Source: an uncultured Sphingobacteriales bacterium
GTDB lineage: Bacteria; Bacteroidota; Bacteroidia; CAILMK01; CAYYUA01
Direction: 5' to 3'
DNA length: 64,000 nucleotides
NCBI GenBank assembly: GCA_964542585.1
Contig: CAZIUI010000011.1
Coordinates: 5,831 to 69,830 of the forward strand
Positions 28,158 through 37,459 of the stretch are shown here, piece after piece (positions within the stretch are counted from its first letter, which is position 1; every line of letters starts with the position of its first letter). The translations under genes were made by a program, and so were the position numbers. Below the pieces are notes generated by a model. It ran no database searches, was not told the origin of the DNA, and worked only from the letters and a program-made list of their open reading frames with translations.

Positions 28158-28850
28158 TCACTCATCTTCATGGCTCCAACGGATGGGTTTTTCTAAACCA
28201 ATGCTAAAGGTTGAATAAGGGAGAAGGGGTACATACTCATTCACAAAAGGATATTGAAGCCAGGGCTGGTAAGTTAGCCTTATCCTAAGAATGTCCCTTT
28301 TTCGCTTTTTCAAGTGGTATTGGATGCCAATGGAACCGGTTACCATTAGTTGTGGCCTTCCAGAATTGGGATTTTCCTCATATTGCCCATTGCCATTCAG
28401 GCTAAAGGTTTCTACATCAGGGAAACTGTGCATGTATCCTGCTCCTAATCGAGCAATGCCTGACCAATGGGTCGCAAAGTGGTGTTGGTAATCCAGCTCG
28501 CTGAAAAGCTGGATAGCTTTTTGGTTGTATTGATGGTAGAGGTACCCAAGCTTAGCTGTTTGCTTTAGCTTATGAACGGTATCTTTATTCAGGTTGAATG
28601 CTGTGCCAAGGGTAAAGCCCGAATGAATTGGTTTCTGCACAAAATTACCCATTTCGCTAAAGGGCTTAGCGGTCTGGTGGTTTTGGTAAGTAAGGCTGAT
28701 TGGGATTTTTTCCTGAGCAGATAAGATGGCTGGAAATATCAACCATACTGGCAAAATCCCCGTCACTAGTGAATTCGATCGAATAAAGGTTTTTTTCAAG
28801 GTAACGATCCATTTAGCTATGAAACAGGCATAAGCTCCTTTAGAAATCAC
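28158..28850 (-). CDS. Hypothetical protein, possibly outer-membrane beta-barrel
   Basis: Signal-like segment ILPVWLIFPAILSAQE; alternating hydrophobic pattern and aromatic C-terminus; no recognisable catalytic motif. Confidence 0.4.
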   Translation of the reverse strand: MISKGAYACFIAKWIVTLKKTFIRSNSLVTGILPVWLIFPAILSAQEKIPISLTYQNHQTAKPFSEMGNFVQKPIHSGFTLGTAFNLNKDTVHKLKQTAKLGYLYHQYNQKAIQLFSELDYQHHFATHWSGIARLGAGYMHSFPDVETFSLNGNGQYEENPNSGRPQLMVTGSIGIQYHLKKRKRDILRIRLTYQPWLQYPFVNEYVPLLPYSTFSIGLEKPIRWSHEDE

Positions 28851-28981
28851 GCTGCTTACCCTTTAATCAATTTTAGGAAAAATCACCAAAATCTCAGCTG
28901 ATAAAGCTTAAAAATTGATTATTCACTGCCTTCACATTCTTTGTAAACTTAAGCGTTACCTTTCACTGTACTGCCAAAATG

Positions 28982-29013
28982 AAAAAACCCCTGCAAATAA
29001 GTATTTACAGGGG
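28982..29013 (-). terminator. Intrinsic terminator downstream of tRNA-Met
   Basis: Plus strand AAAAAA-CCCCTG-caaataagtatttac-CAGGGG; on the minus strand this is a 6-bp GC-rich hairpin followed by TTTTTT, directly 3' of the tRNA. Confidence 0.45.
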
Positions 29014-29031
29014 TCTTATAAAGAATTTTAG

Positions 29032-29105
29032 TAGCGAGAGAGGGACTTGAACCCTCGACCTCAGCATTATGAGTGCTGCGCTCTGGCCAACTGAGCTATC
29101 TCGCC
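29032..29105 (-). tRNA. tRNA-Met (anticodon CAT)
   Basis: Reverse complement GGCGAGATAGCTCAGTTGGCCAGAGCGCAGCACTCATAATGCTGAGGTCGAGGGTTCAAGTCCCTCTCTCGCTA folds as cloverleaf: 7-bp acceptor (G1-U72 wobble), D stem GCTC/GAGC, anticodon stem CAGCA/TGCTG with loop CTCATAA, T stem GAGGG/CCCTC with TTCAAGT loop; CCA not encoded. Could alternatively be tRNA-Ile2 (lysidine) since both use CAT. Confidence 0.8.
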
Positions 29106-29196
29106 CTTTTGTGAAAGCCTTGCAAAAATAGTCATTTAAATTTGTTCCTTCAAGTTATACCATAAGCCACTGCTAGAACCTGAAAAATTAAGCTCT

Positions 29197-29535
29197 ATGG
29201 ATACACCTTTAGCGCATAAAAGTTGTGAAGCCTGTCATGGTGGTACTCCAAGGATAGAATCCGATGCCATTCAACAATACAAAAACCAACTCAGCTATGA
29301 CTGGGAAGTGAAGGAAGACCGTAAGCTTCGCTATCCTTTCAAGCTTTCAGGATTTCAGGCTGCAATGGACTTTGCCAATAAGGTAGCCGAAGTAGCTGAG
29401 CAGGAAGATCACCATCCGGTGCTCACCATTAAGCCTGGCCAATGTACCGTTGTGCTAACCACACACGCCATTGGAGGACTTTCGGAAAATGATTTTATCA
29501 TGGCCGCCAAGGTAGAGGCTCTTCCCCAACATTAA
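29197..29535 (+). CDS. Pterin-4-alpha-carbinolamine dehydratase (PCD/DCoH)
   Basis: ~112 aa with characteristic EDHHPVL...TTHAIGGLSENDFIMAAKVE motif. Confidence 0.75.
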   Translation: MDTPLAHKSCEACHGGTPRIESDAIQQYKNQLSYDWEVKEDRKLRYPFKLSGFQAAMDFANKVAEVAEQEDHHPVLTIKPGQCTVVLTTHAIGGLSENDFIMAAKVEALPQH

Positions 29536-29546
29536 TTTTATTTAGC

Positions 29547-30308
29547 ATGCCTAACCGCCCATCAGCGGATCCCATGGGTGAAGCGCTTCAGGACTTTTAC
29601 TTCAAAGGTATAGGTGAACAGGTCTGGGTATTCAGTGACATTACCGAACCTGAAAGCATCGATCCGTTTTACCTGCTTAGAGATTGGGAGCAAATGCCAC
29701 AAGTAGAGCAATCAGCCCTAAAATTAGCTGAAGGTGATGTATTGGATATTGGGGCCGGAGGGGGAGCGCATGCCAGTTGGCTGGCTGATCAAGGTTTGGC
29801 AGTGACAGCCCTTGAAATTTCACCGGGTGCGGTATCTGTGCTTAATGAAAACCAAGCCTATCAAACTGTTCATGCTAACGTATTTGACTACCAGCCAAGC
29901 GGCCGATTTGATACCATTCTGTTGCTGATGAATGGCGTAGGCCTAGCGGGTAACCTTGAAGGGTTCCAACAATTGCTAAGGCTCTTAAAAAAATGGCTTA
30001 AGGCTTACGGCCAGGTGTTGCTTGATTCAACGGATTTAAGGCCCTTAATGGGTGCTGATGTTGTAGAAGCAAGAAAGGAGTCTGACGAGCGTTATTACGG
30101 TATTGTTCAATACCAAATGGCTTACGGTGGTATCCTCGGAACACCTTTTGAATGGTTATTTGCAGACTGGCCCACAGTCAAGGCTTATGCAAACGAACAA
30201 GGCTTTGAGGCCCAATGCCACTATTACGGAACCGATCATCACTGGCTGGGCCAGTTCAGGTTGCCTTCAGCGAAATTAAACCCTAGCTATCCTACTGATA
30301 AAGCGTAA
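29547..30308 (+). CDS. Class I SAM-dependent methyltransferase
   Basis: Motif I VLDIGAGGGAHASWLADQG and motif II-like ALEISPGAV. Confidence 0.6.
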   Translation: MPNRPSADPMGEALQDFYFKGIGEQVWVFSDITEPESIDPFYLLRDWEQMPQVEQSALKLAEGDVLDIGAGGGAHASWLADQGLAVTALEISPGAVSVLNENQAYQTVHANVFDYQPSGRFDTILLLMNGVGLAGNLEGFQQLLRLLKKWLKAYGQVLLDSTDLRPLMGADVVEARKESDERYYGIVQYQMAYGGILGTPFEWLFADWPTVKAYANEQGFEAQCHYYGTDHHWLGQFRLPSAKLNPSYPTDKA

Positions 30309-30351
30309 ATATACCTTAGCCGAGCATCTATTACTGCTTTTATTCCTTTTA

Positions 30352-31059
30352 ATGCCTGTTCTGATACTTGGCCAGGAGCCTGTTCGGATTCAGGGTTACG
30401 TGAAAAAGGCCAGTGACTCATCCGGTATACCCAATGTTAACCTCATACGCTACAGCGATGCTAAGGGAACTGCTACTGACCAGGAAGGTTATTTCAATTT
30501 AAAATTATTCAACAAGACGGATTCTTTCATCCTTTCGGCAGTGGGGTATGGCCGAACTGTTTTTAACCCGCCTGACAGTTTTAAAGGAAAGGTCTTCCGA
30601 ACCGTGATATACCTCCGTGAGGAAATCTACGGCATAGATGAAGTAGTGATAAAAGGTACGCAACAGCGTGAATTAAATCTAGACCTTTCTGTACCTGGAG
30701 ATCAAGCCCAGCGAATAGCCAATGAGCGAAGAGCCGGCCAGGGATTTGGTGTCAATGTACCGGGAGTAGCTTCAAGTATTTACAAAGCTTTTTCAAATGA
30801 GGCCCAGCAAAGAAAAAAACTCAAAAAGCTAAGGCGCGATAAAAGAAACCTGGATTTTCTTAGTAACGGCCCTTACAGGGCTTATATCAAATCTGAGTAT
30901 GGCCTCAAAGGAAAGGAGATCAGAAGCTTTTTAAAATTTTGCGACTTCAAGAAGAACTACCGTGGTGCAAATTATTATGAGGTCACCAAAAAACTAGACC
31001 GCTGCTACACGCTTTACTACAATAAAGTATTGCGAGAGCGTCAATTCCATGATCCATAG
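30352..31059 (+). CDS. Carboxypeptidase-regulatory-like domain protein (hypothetical)
   Basis: N-terminal IQGYVKKASDSSGIPNVNLIRYSDAKGTATDQEGYFNL resembles CarboxypepD_reg fold. In-frame upstream sequence (30304-30351) encodes a hydrophobic signal-like stretch LLLLLFLL with no canonical start codon, so true start is uncertain. Confidence 0.45.
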   Translation: MPVLILGQEPVRIQGYVKKASDSSGIPNVNLIRYSDAKGTATDQEGYFNLKLFNKTDSFILSAVGYGRTVFNPPDSFKGKVFRTVIYLREEIYGIDEVVIKGTQQRELNLDLSVPGDQAQRIANERRAGQGFGVNVPGVASSIYKAFSNEAQQRKKLKKLRRDKRNLDFLSNGPYRAYIKSEYGLKGKEIRSFLKFCDFKKNYRGANYYEVTKKLDRCYTLYYNKVLRERQFHDP

Positions 31060-31065
31060 CCAATC

Positions 31066-32760
31066 GTGCTTCCGAGTTTATCAACTTGTACTTTTGCAAG
31101 CTTTAAACTTGACAATACCTCTTCTATGAGCCGCTTTTTAGGGGGTCGGCAACTATGGCTTTACTTAGCTTGTCTGATCTTGCTAATTCCTGCTTTCTTT
31201 ATAAACCTCGGGAAGATGCCTTTATTTGGTGACGAGCCTATAAGAGGGCTGGTTGCCCTTGAGATGATATTCTCAGACAACTGGGTAGCACCAACGATAA
31301 ATGGGGAGTTTTACTTCAAGAAACCTCCTTTTTACAACTGGTTGGTTGCTGGTACTATTGAGCTATTAGGTAAGGCTTCTGAATGGGTGATAAGGTTACC
31401 GGCCATTGTTCCTTTGTTGTTGTATGCGTTAACCATTTACCTTGTTTTTAAACCTTACACCGGCTTCAAAACTGCTTTTCTTTCCGCTTTTTTCTTCATT
31501 ACATGTGGGCGTATACTGATATATTCTTCTTTACTAGGCCATATTGACTTTTTTTACGCTTGGCTCACCTTCGTTAGCTTCATGTGGATATTTTACATGT
31601 ATGAACGCCAACAATGGTTAGCGCTTTTTTCAGGATCCTACGCGATGGCAGCCGTAGGTTTTCTTTGCAAAGGCATACCTTCAGTTGTGTTTCAAGGGCT
31701 AACGTTGATCGCATGGTTTACCTATCAAGGGCAGCTTAAGCGTTTATTTTACTGGCAGCATTTTTTAGGAGGACTCGGATTTTTGGTACTTATCGGTATT
31801 TATGCGCTTTTCTATCAGCAAAGTGGCTCTCTGGAAGCACTCATAAGTACCTTATGGTCACAATCCTCCAAGCGTACCATCCTTGAGCAGCCCCTTCTTT
31901 CCACCATCATCCATTTGATGAGGTATCCTTTTCAAATGCTTTACCACATCCTTCCCTGGTCATTGCTGGTGGTTTTCCTTTTCCGCAGAGATTGGAGGCA
32001 AAAAATCCGAGAAAACCGTCTTTTATCCTTCAGTATGGTAACGTTGGCAGGAAATATATGGGTCTATTGGATCTCTCCGGCTACCTTACCTCGCTACATC
32101 TTCATGCTTTATCCCTTTTTGTTCTTGTTTTTCGCCTACTTTTACCAGCTAAGTTTGGAAATGGGGCGATTTCAAAAAGTGCGTCAGGTATTGGAAGGAT
32201 TTTTCGGGTTAGCTGCCGTAGTTTTAGCCCTAAGCTTTTGGATCCCTGTTTTTAATCCTCAATTGGTGCATACCAGCGGCATACTTTGGAAGGTATCAAT
32301 ACTGTTTGGGTTAATGGTGCTGTTGATAGGGTTATTCTGGAAATTAAAAGAACACCGAATAATCATTATGATCCTTGTATTGCTAATGATGCGGACGGCT
32401 TTTTCAACCTTCATCTTACCAACCCGGGCCGTTAACTCAAAATACCCCCTTTTACGAGAATCAGCGCATCAGGTAGTGCAAATTACCAAAGGCCAGCCTT
32501 TGCACCTTTTAAAGCCTACCCCGTTATCCGTTGAACAGAGCTTTTATATAACCCGCGAGCGGGAATCAGTGCTAAAAACTGTGGCACCTGACACGCTTAA
32601 GCACCCCCAAGGTTATTACATTGGTTCAGATTCCGCTCTCCGCAATCTCAATTATAAACAGCAATGTTATTTCCATACTAAAGATAATAACAAAAAGCTT
32701 TATTTGTTTAAAATTTCTAGTCCGGTTAACCAGCAACAGTTTCTCAATCACAATTATTGA
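31066..32760 (+). CDS. Polytopic membrane glycosyltransferase, ArnT/PMT (GT39/GT83)-like
   Basis: Motif GDEPIRGLVALEM...FYFKKPPFYNWLVA typical of ArnT/PMT_2 family; >10 predicted TM helices. Likely start at MSRFLGG (~31126). Confidence 0.7.
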   Translation: MLPSLSTCTFASFKLDNTSSMSRFLGGRQLWLYLACLILLIPAFFINLGKMPLFGDEPIRGLVALEMIFSDNWVAPTINGEFYFKKPPFYNWLVAGTIELLGKASEWVIRLPAIVPLLLYALTIYLVFKPYTGFKTAFLSAFFFITCGRILIYSSLLGHIDFFYAWLTFVSFMWIFYMYERQQWLALFSGSYAMAAVGFLCKGIPSVVFQGLTLIAWFTYQGQLKRLFYWQHFLGGLGFLVLIGIYALFYQQSGSLEALISTLWSQSSKRTILEQPLLSTIIHLMRYPFQMLYHILPWSLLVVFLFRRDWRQKIRENRLLSFSMVTLAGNIWVYWISPATLPRYIFMLYPFLFLFFAYFYQLSLEMGRFQKVRQVLEGFFGLAAVVLALSFWIPVFNPQLVHTSGILWKVSILFGLMVLLIGLFWKLKEHRIIIMILVLLMMRTAFSTFILPTRAVNSKYPLLRESAHQVVQITKGQPLHLLKPTPLSVEQSFYITRERESVLKTVAPDTLKHPQGYYIGSDSALRNLNYKQQCYFHTKDNNKKLYLFKISSPVNQQQFLNHNY

Positions 32761-32871
32761 AAAGAAAACCTTTTGAGAGGAATAGGACGATCTGCTAATC
32801 CAGCACTCAGTGGTCAGACCTTTGATAAAGAGGCTGCAAAGAAGTCCGAGTCAGCGACTAGTGGGGAAGTC

Positions 32872-33528
32872 ATGACAGTAGATGGTACCGTATGGCGTAC
32901 CCTGTTTCTATTTATTATTCTAATGTTTCCTGCTCTTTATACGTGGAGTTTAGTAGGCACAGGCGTATCGCTTGCCCCTTACTTATGGGGAGGTACGATT
33001 GGCGGATTGATCGTAGCTATTGTTACCATTTTTAAAAAATCCTGGGCCCCTTACACAGCTCCTCTCTATACTTTCCTGGAAGGCATGGTACTGGGTGCCT
33101 TATCCGGGATGTTTGAAAGTCAGTTCCAGGGAATCACCTTACAGGCCGTGGGGTTAACTTTTGGAACCCTTTTAATGATGTTGACAACTTATTTAATGGG
33201 CTGGATTAAAGTTACTGAAAAATTCAAGTCCGGAGTGATGATCGCCACTGGTAGTGTAGCCCTGGTCTATGTCATCTCGATGGTTATGAATATGTTCGGT
33301 GGGAGCGTCCCTTATATTCACGGCAGTGGCATTATTGGTATAGGTTTCAGCCTTGTGGTTGTAGGTATTGCTGCCATGAACTTGCTATTGGATTTTGAAT
33401 TCATCAATGAAGGCGTCCAGAAAAAGGCTCCTAAGTACATGGAGTGGTTTGCAGCTTTTGGGCTGATGGTAACCCTTATTTGGTTATACATCGAAATGCT
33501 TCGATTATTGTCCAAAATCCGGAGATAA
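32872..33528 (+). CDS. Bax inhibitor-1/YccA family membrane protein
   Basis: 7-TM ~220 aa protein with BI-1-like segments (LMMLTTYLMGW, IISMVMNMFGG, FAAFGLMVTLIWLYIEMLRLL); ORF extends to 32773 but the hydrophilic N-extension is probably not translated. Confidence 0.55.
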   Translation: MTVDGTVWRTLFLFIILMFPALYTWSLVGTGVSLAPYLWGGTIGGLIVAIVTIFKKSWAPYTAPLYTFLEGMVLGALSGMFESQFQGITLQAVGLTFGTLLMMLTTYLMGWIKVTEKFKSGVMIATGSVALVYVISMVMNMFGGSVPYIHGSGIIGIGFSLVVVGIAAMNLLLDFEFINEGVQKKAPKYMEWFAAFGLMVTLIWLYIEMLRLLSKIRR

Positions 33529-33565
33529 AAAATACAATAGGCGGAGCAATGCTCCGAGACTGGTT

Positions 33566-34771
33566 TTATTGGGCTAGATCCGCTGTAATGGCTTCTACGG
33601 TTGGTAAGGGTTCTCCTGCGATGTAGGTTAAAAGCGCTCCGCCACCTGTAGAAATGAAAGAAGCGCGGTTAGCAAGGTTAAATTGATCGAAAGCCGTGGC
33701 CGTATCACCCCCGCCAATCAGCGAGAATGCGCCATTCTGGGTGGCACCAGATACCGACAAGGCTAGGCGGTAAGTACCTTCTTGTAGCCCATCTACTTCA
33801 AAAACCCCTACCGGACCGTTCCAAAAAATGGTCTGACTGTTTTTGATTAGCTCCTCATACTGCTCAATGGTTTTCGGGCCGATATCCGCACCCATAAGGT
33901 TATCCGGTATTTCTACACCGGCGGTTATTTGTTTTGGCGCTTCTGAACTAATAGTCTCGCAGGCTATGGAATCGGATGGCAGAAAGAGGTTTACATTATT
34001 TTCTTCAGCTTCCTCTATAAGGGAAAGGGCTAAATCAAGGTAATCGGACTCCAACATGGAGTTACCGATATGGTAACCTTTGGCTTTCAGGAAAGTGTAA
34101 GTCATCCCGCCTCCAATCAGGATGTTGTCTGCAAACTGCATCAACGAGCGCAGTAGTTGTATTTTATCAGAAACTTTAGAACCTCCGATAATAGCCGTGT
34201 AGGGTTTGTCGGGGTGTTTAGCTACCTTATCCGCGTTATTAAGTTCGGAGGTCATTAAGGAGCCCATCATACGCCTATCTGGCGGAAAAAAATCAGCAAT
34301 TGCGGCCGTAGAAGCATCGCTACGGTGGGCGGTACCAAAAGCATCATTGATATACACATTCCCAAGCTGCGCTAGCTTTTCAGCAAATTCTGAGTGATTT
34401 TGTTTTTCCGCTTTATGGAAGCGGAGATTTTCCAGCAGCATAACCTGGCCAGGTGCTAAATTTTCGGCCATTTGCTTAGCCTCTTCTCCCACGGTTGATG
34501 GCTGAAAAAGCACCTCACGCTTTAACAGTGCTTTTAAATGCGGAACAATATGCCGAAAAGAGTATTTTTCATGATATTCCCCTTTAGGACGCCCCATGTG
34601 GGACATTAAAACAATAGACCCCCCATCGTTCAATACTTGCTCTATGGTTGGCAGGGCTGCTTTGATACGGGCATCATCTATAACCTGATGCTGCTCATCT
34701 AACTTTACATTAAAGTCCACCCTTATCAAGGCCGTTTGACCCTCAAAATTGAATTCATTTAAGCTTGACAT
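33566..34771 (-). CDS. pgk: Phosphoglycerate kinase
   Basis: Canonical PGK motifs (RVDFNVKLDE, GGGMTYTFLKAKG, GGGDTATA). Confidence 0.9.
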   Translation of the reverse strand: MSSLNEFNFEGQTALIRVDFNVKLDEQHQVIDDARIKAALPTIEQVLNDGGSIVLMSHMGRPKGEYHEKYSFRHIVPHLKALLKREVLFQPSTVGEEAKQMAENLAPGQVMLLENLRFHKAEKQNHSEFAEKLAQLGNVYINDAFGTAHRSDASTAAIADFFPPDRRMMGSLMTSELNNADKVAKHPDKPYTAIIGGSKVSDKIQLLRSLMQFADNILIGGGMTYTFLKAKGYHIGNSMLESDYLDLALSLIEEAEENNVNLFLPSDSIACETISSEAPKQITAGVEIPDNLMGADIGPKTIEQYEELIKNSQTIFWNGPVGVFEVDGLQEGTYRLALSVSGATQNGAFSLIGGGDTATAFDQFNLANRASFISTGGGALLTYIAGEPLPTVEAITADLAQ

Positions 34772-34947
34772 ACCACAATTTTTCTGGTCCTGTTAGGAAA
34801 TTAAAAAAAGGGAAACAACTATCATTCAAGAATTTTGGACAAAGGTAATTGATGCCTTCTGCTTAAGCTATAGATAGGTAACATAAATTTAACCTGCAAG
34901 GTGTGGGGGGTATTTTATACTTTTGTGGATGTAAAATATTCCCAAAT

Positions 34948-36591
34948 ATGTTTGAATCCAACCCTTATCAAACAAAGGCCATTCAGCTGGTAAACCAAAA
35001 TGCTGAACGGTTAAATGGTGCGCATATTCGAGGCCTATTTAAAGAAGATGATCAGCGGTTTGAAAGCTTTTCCCTTCAGGTGGGCAACCTGCTACTGGAT
35101 TACAGCAAAAACCTACTTGATGAGCAAGCACTTACAAGCCTTACTAAGCTTGCTGAGGAAATGGATTTGTTTTCAGCAGTTGAGGGGCAGTTTAATGGAG
35201 CCATTGTTAACCAAACAGAAGACCGCGCAGCCCTCCACACCGCCCTTCGCGCTCCTTCAAGCGTCCCTGATAAAGGAATTACTCAACAAGTGTTGGACGA
35301 GCAGGCTAAAATGAAGGCTTTTAGCGATAAAATTCACAAGGGCCATTGGAAGGGATATACTGGAAAACCAATTACGGATGTTGTGCACATAGGCATAGGG
35401 GGATCACACCTAGGTCCCGAGATGGTTTCAACAGCCTTGAAGCCGTATCAGCAAAATGGTATTAAAGTGCATTTTGTGGCTAATGTGGATGGAACAGCGC
35501 TTCATCAAACGCTGCAGGCTTTGAGTCCGGAAACAACCTTGTTCATCATTGCCTCCAAGTCATTTGGTACCCAGGAAACCTTAACAAATGCCCAATCGGC
35601 TAAGGAATGGTTTGTAAGCAACGGGGGATCTTTAGAAGTCGTTCAGCATCATTTTGTTGCTATTTCTACCAATGTCTCGAAAGCGGAGCATTTCGGCATA
35701 GCTCCGGATCAGGTTTATCCCTTCGGGGATTGGGTAGGAGGGCGGTTCTCCGCCTGGTCTACCGTAGGCCTGCCAATCGTTGCACAGGTTGGCTTTGAGC
35801 ATTTTTATCAGTTTCTGGAAGGAGGCCGGGTGATGGATGACCATGCCCTTAATGCTAACCCTGCCCATAACATGCCAGCCCTTATGGCCATGCTTAGCTT
35901 CTGGTATGGGCATTTTTTTGGAGCACCCGCTGAAGCTGTCCTTCCGTATGATGCTAACCTGGCCAAATTTCCTGACCACTTGCAACAACTTTTAATGGAA
36001 AGTAATGGAAAGCATGTGGATCGCCACGGTAATTCAGTGGCTTATCCTACTCAACCCGTAATTTTTGGCGGTCCTGGCACTAATGTTCAGCATTCATTTT
36101 TCCAACTACTCCACCAAGGGACTTCAACTATTCCTTGTGATTTTCTTTTGGCAGCCAATCCGGGGTATGAGATAGGTGATCATCATCACAAACTTTTAGC
36201 GAATGCGCTGGCTCAGCCTGAAGCTTTGATGAATGGTAAAACTTACGATCAAGTACTTAGCGAGATGCAGGAAAGCGGTGCAGATCCTTCAACCATCCAA
36301 AAACAGGCACCCTATCGAACGTTTCCGGGTAACAATCCTTCCAATACCCTGCTTTATCAGGCTCTTACACCCTACACCTTAGGAAACCTGTTAGCCCTTT
36401 ACGAGCATAAAACAACGATGCTAGGCTATCTCTTGAATATCAACAGTTTTGATCAATGGGGGGTAGAGCTTGGGAAGTCCTTGGCTAAAGCGATTTTACC
36501 GGAACTTAAGGAAGAGGAAAAAGCTGGCAATCACGATGCTTCTACCAAAGGGCTAATTAACACGATAAAAGCCTGGCGAGGTACTTCTTGA
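34948..36591 (+). CDS. pgi: Glucose-6-phosphate isomerase
   Basis: PGI motifs (DYSKN, GIGGSHLGP, SKSFGTQET, GGRFSAWS); start set at MFESNPYQTKA. Confidence 0.9.
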   Translation: MFESNPYQTKAIQLVNQNAERLNGAHIRGLFKEDDQRFESFSLQVGNLLLDYSKNLLDEQALTSLTKLAEEMDLFSAVEGQFNGAIVNQTEDRAALHTALRAPSSVPDKGITQQVLDEQAKMKAFSDKIHKGHWKGYTGKPITDVVHIGIGGSHLGPEMVSTALKPYQQNGIKVHFVANVDGTALHQTLQALSPETTLFIIASKSFGTQETLTNAQSAKEWFVSNGGSLEVVQHHFVAISTNVSKAEHFGIAPDQVYPFGDWVGGRFSAWSTVGLPIVAQVGFEHFYQFLEGGRVMDDHALNANPAHNMPALMAMLSFWYGHFFGAPAEAVLPYDANLAKFPDHLQQLLMESNGKHVDRHGNSVAYPTQPVIFGGPGTNVQHSFFQLLHQGTSTIPCDFLLAANPGYEIGDHHHKLLANALAQPEALMNGKTYDQVLSEMQESGADPSTIQKQAPYRTFPGNNPSNTLLYQALTPYTLGNLLALYEHKTTMLGYLLNINSFDQWGVELGKSLAKAILPELKEEEKAGNHDASTKGLINTIKAWRGTS

Positions 36592-36661
36592 AATCCCTTT
36601 TTACTTACAAAAGGTGAATCCTTTCCTATGGCTATCTTTGCCAGATTTTAAAACGGAATTC

Positions 36662-37435
36662 ATGAGCCTTAACCTGACCAAGCCCTTGGTTTATTTTGAC
36701 ATAGAAGCCACTGGCTTGAGTATTACCAGCGACCGAATCGTGGAAATAGCCTTCCTGAAGGTAGAAACCGATAACACCGAAACCACCCGGACCTGGAGGG
36801 TGAATCCGGAAGCAACCATATCTGATGAGGCCTACAAAATCCATAAGATCAGCCAGGCTGAAGCAGAAACCTACCCACCTTTCAGGGATATAGCAGGTGA
36901 AGTGGCTAACCTGATTGGGAATGCCGATCTGGCAGGGTTTAATTTGTTGAAATTTGATCTTCCGCTCCTGATGGAGGAATTCATGCGGGCAGAGGTCGAT
37001 TTTGACCTATCAAAGCGGAAAGTTGTGGATGTCCAGCGCATTTTCCATCTCATGGAAAAACGTACCCTTGAAGCGGCTTATCGCTTTTACTGTAATAAAG
37101 ACTTGTCCCAGGCCCACTCAGCTGAAGCCGACACGGTAGCTACCCATGAGGTTCTGAAAGCCCAGATCCAGCACTACGATGAACTTGATAATGACATTAA
37201 ATTCCTGAATGATTTTATAGGTGATCCTAAAAGTCATTATGTCGACCTTGCAGGGCGACTGGCTTATAACAAAAAGAAAGAGCCCGTTTTCAATTTCGGT
37301 AAGTATAAAGGGAAGCCAGTAAAGGAAATCCTTAAACAAGACCCATCTTATTACAATTGGATGATGCAGGGAGATTTTCCTGAATATACCAAACGTAAAA
37401 TGACCGAATTACGTCTACAAATGAAACAAGAATAA
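36662..37435 (+). CDS. 3'-5' exonuclease (DEDDh/DnaQ-like)
   Basis: Exo I motif VYFDIEATGL, Exo III HSAEADTVAT (H-x4-D); start set at MSLNLTKP. Confidence 0.7.
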   Translation: MSLNLTKPLVYFDIEATGLSITSDRIVEIAFLKVETDNTETTRTWRVNPEATISDEAYKIHKISQAEAETYPPFRDIAGEVANLIGNADLAGFNLLKFDLPLLMEEFMRAEVDFDLSKRKVVDVQRIFHLMEKRTLEAAYRFYCNKDLSQAHSAEADTVATHEVLKAQIQHYDELDNDIKFLNDFIGDPKSHYVDLAGRLAYNKKKEPVFNFGKYKGKPVKEILKQDPSYYNWMMQGDFPEYTKRKMTELRLQMKQE

Positions 37436-37459
37436 ACAGGAGGCTAAACCCGCAGATTT

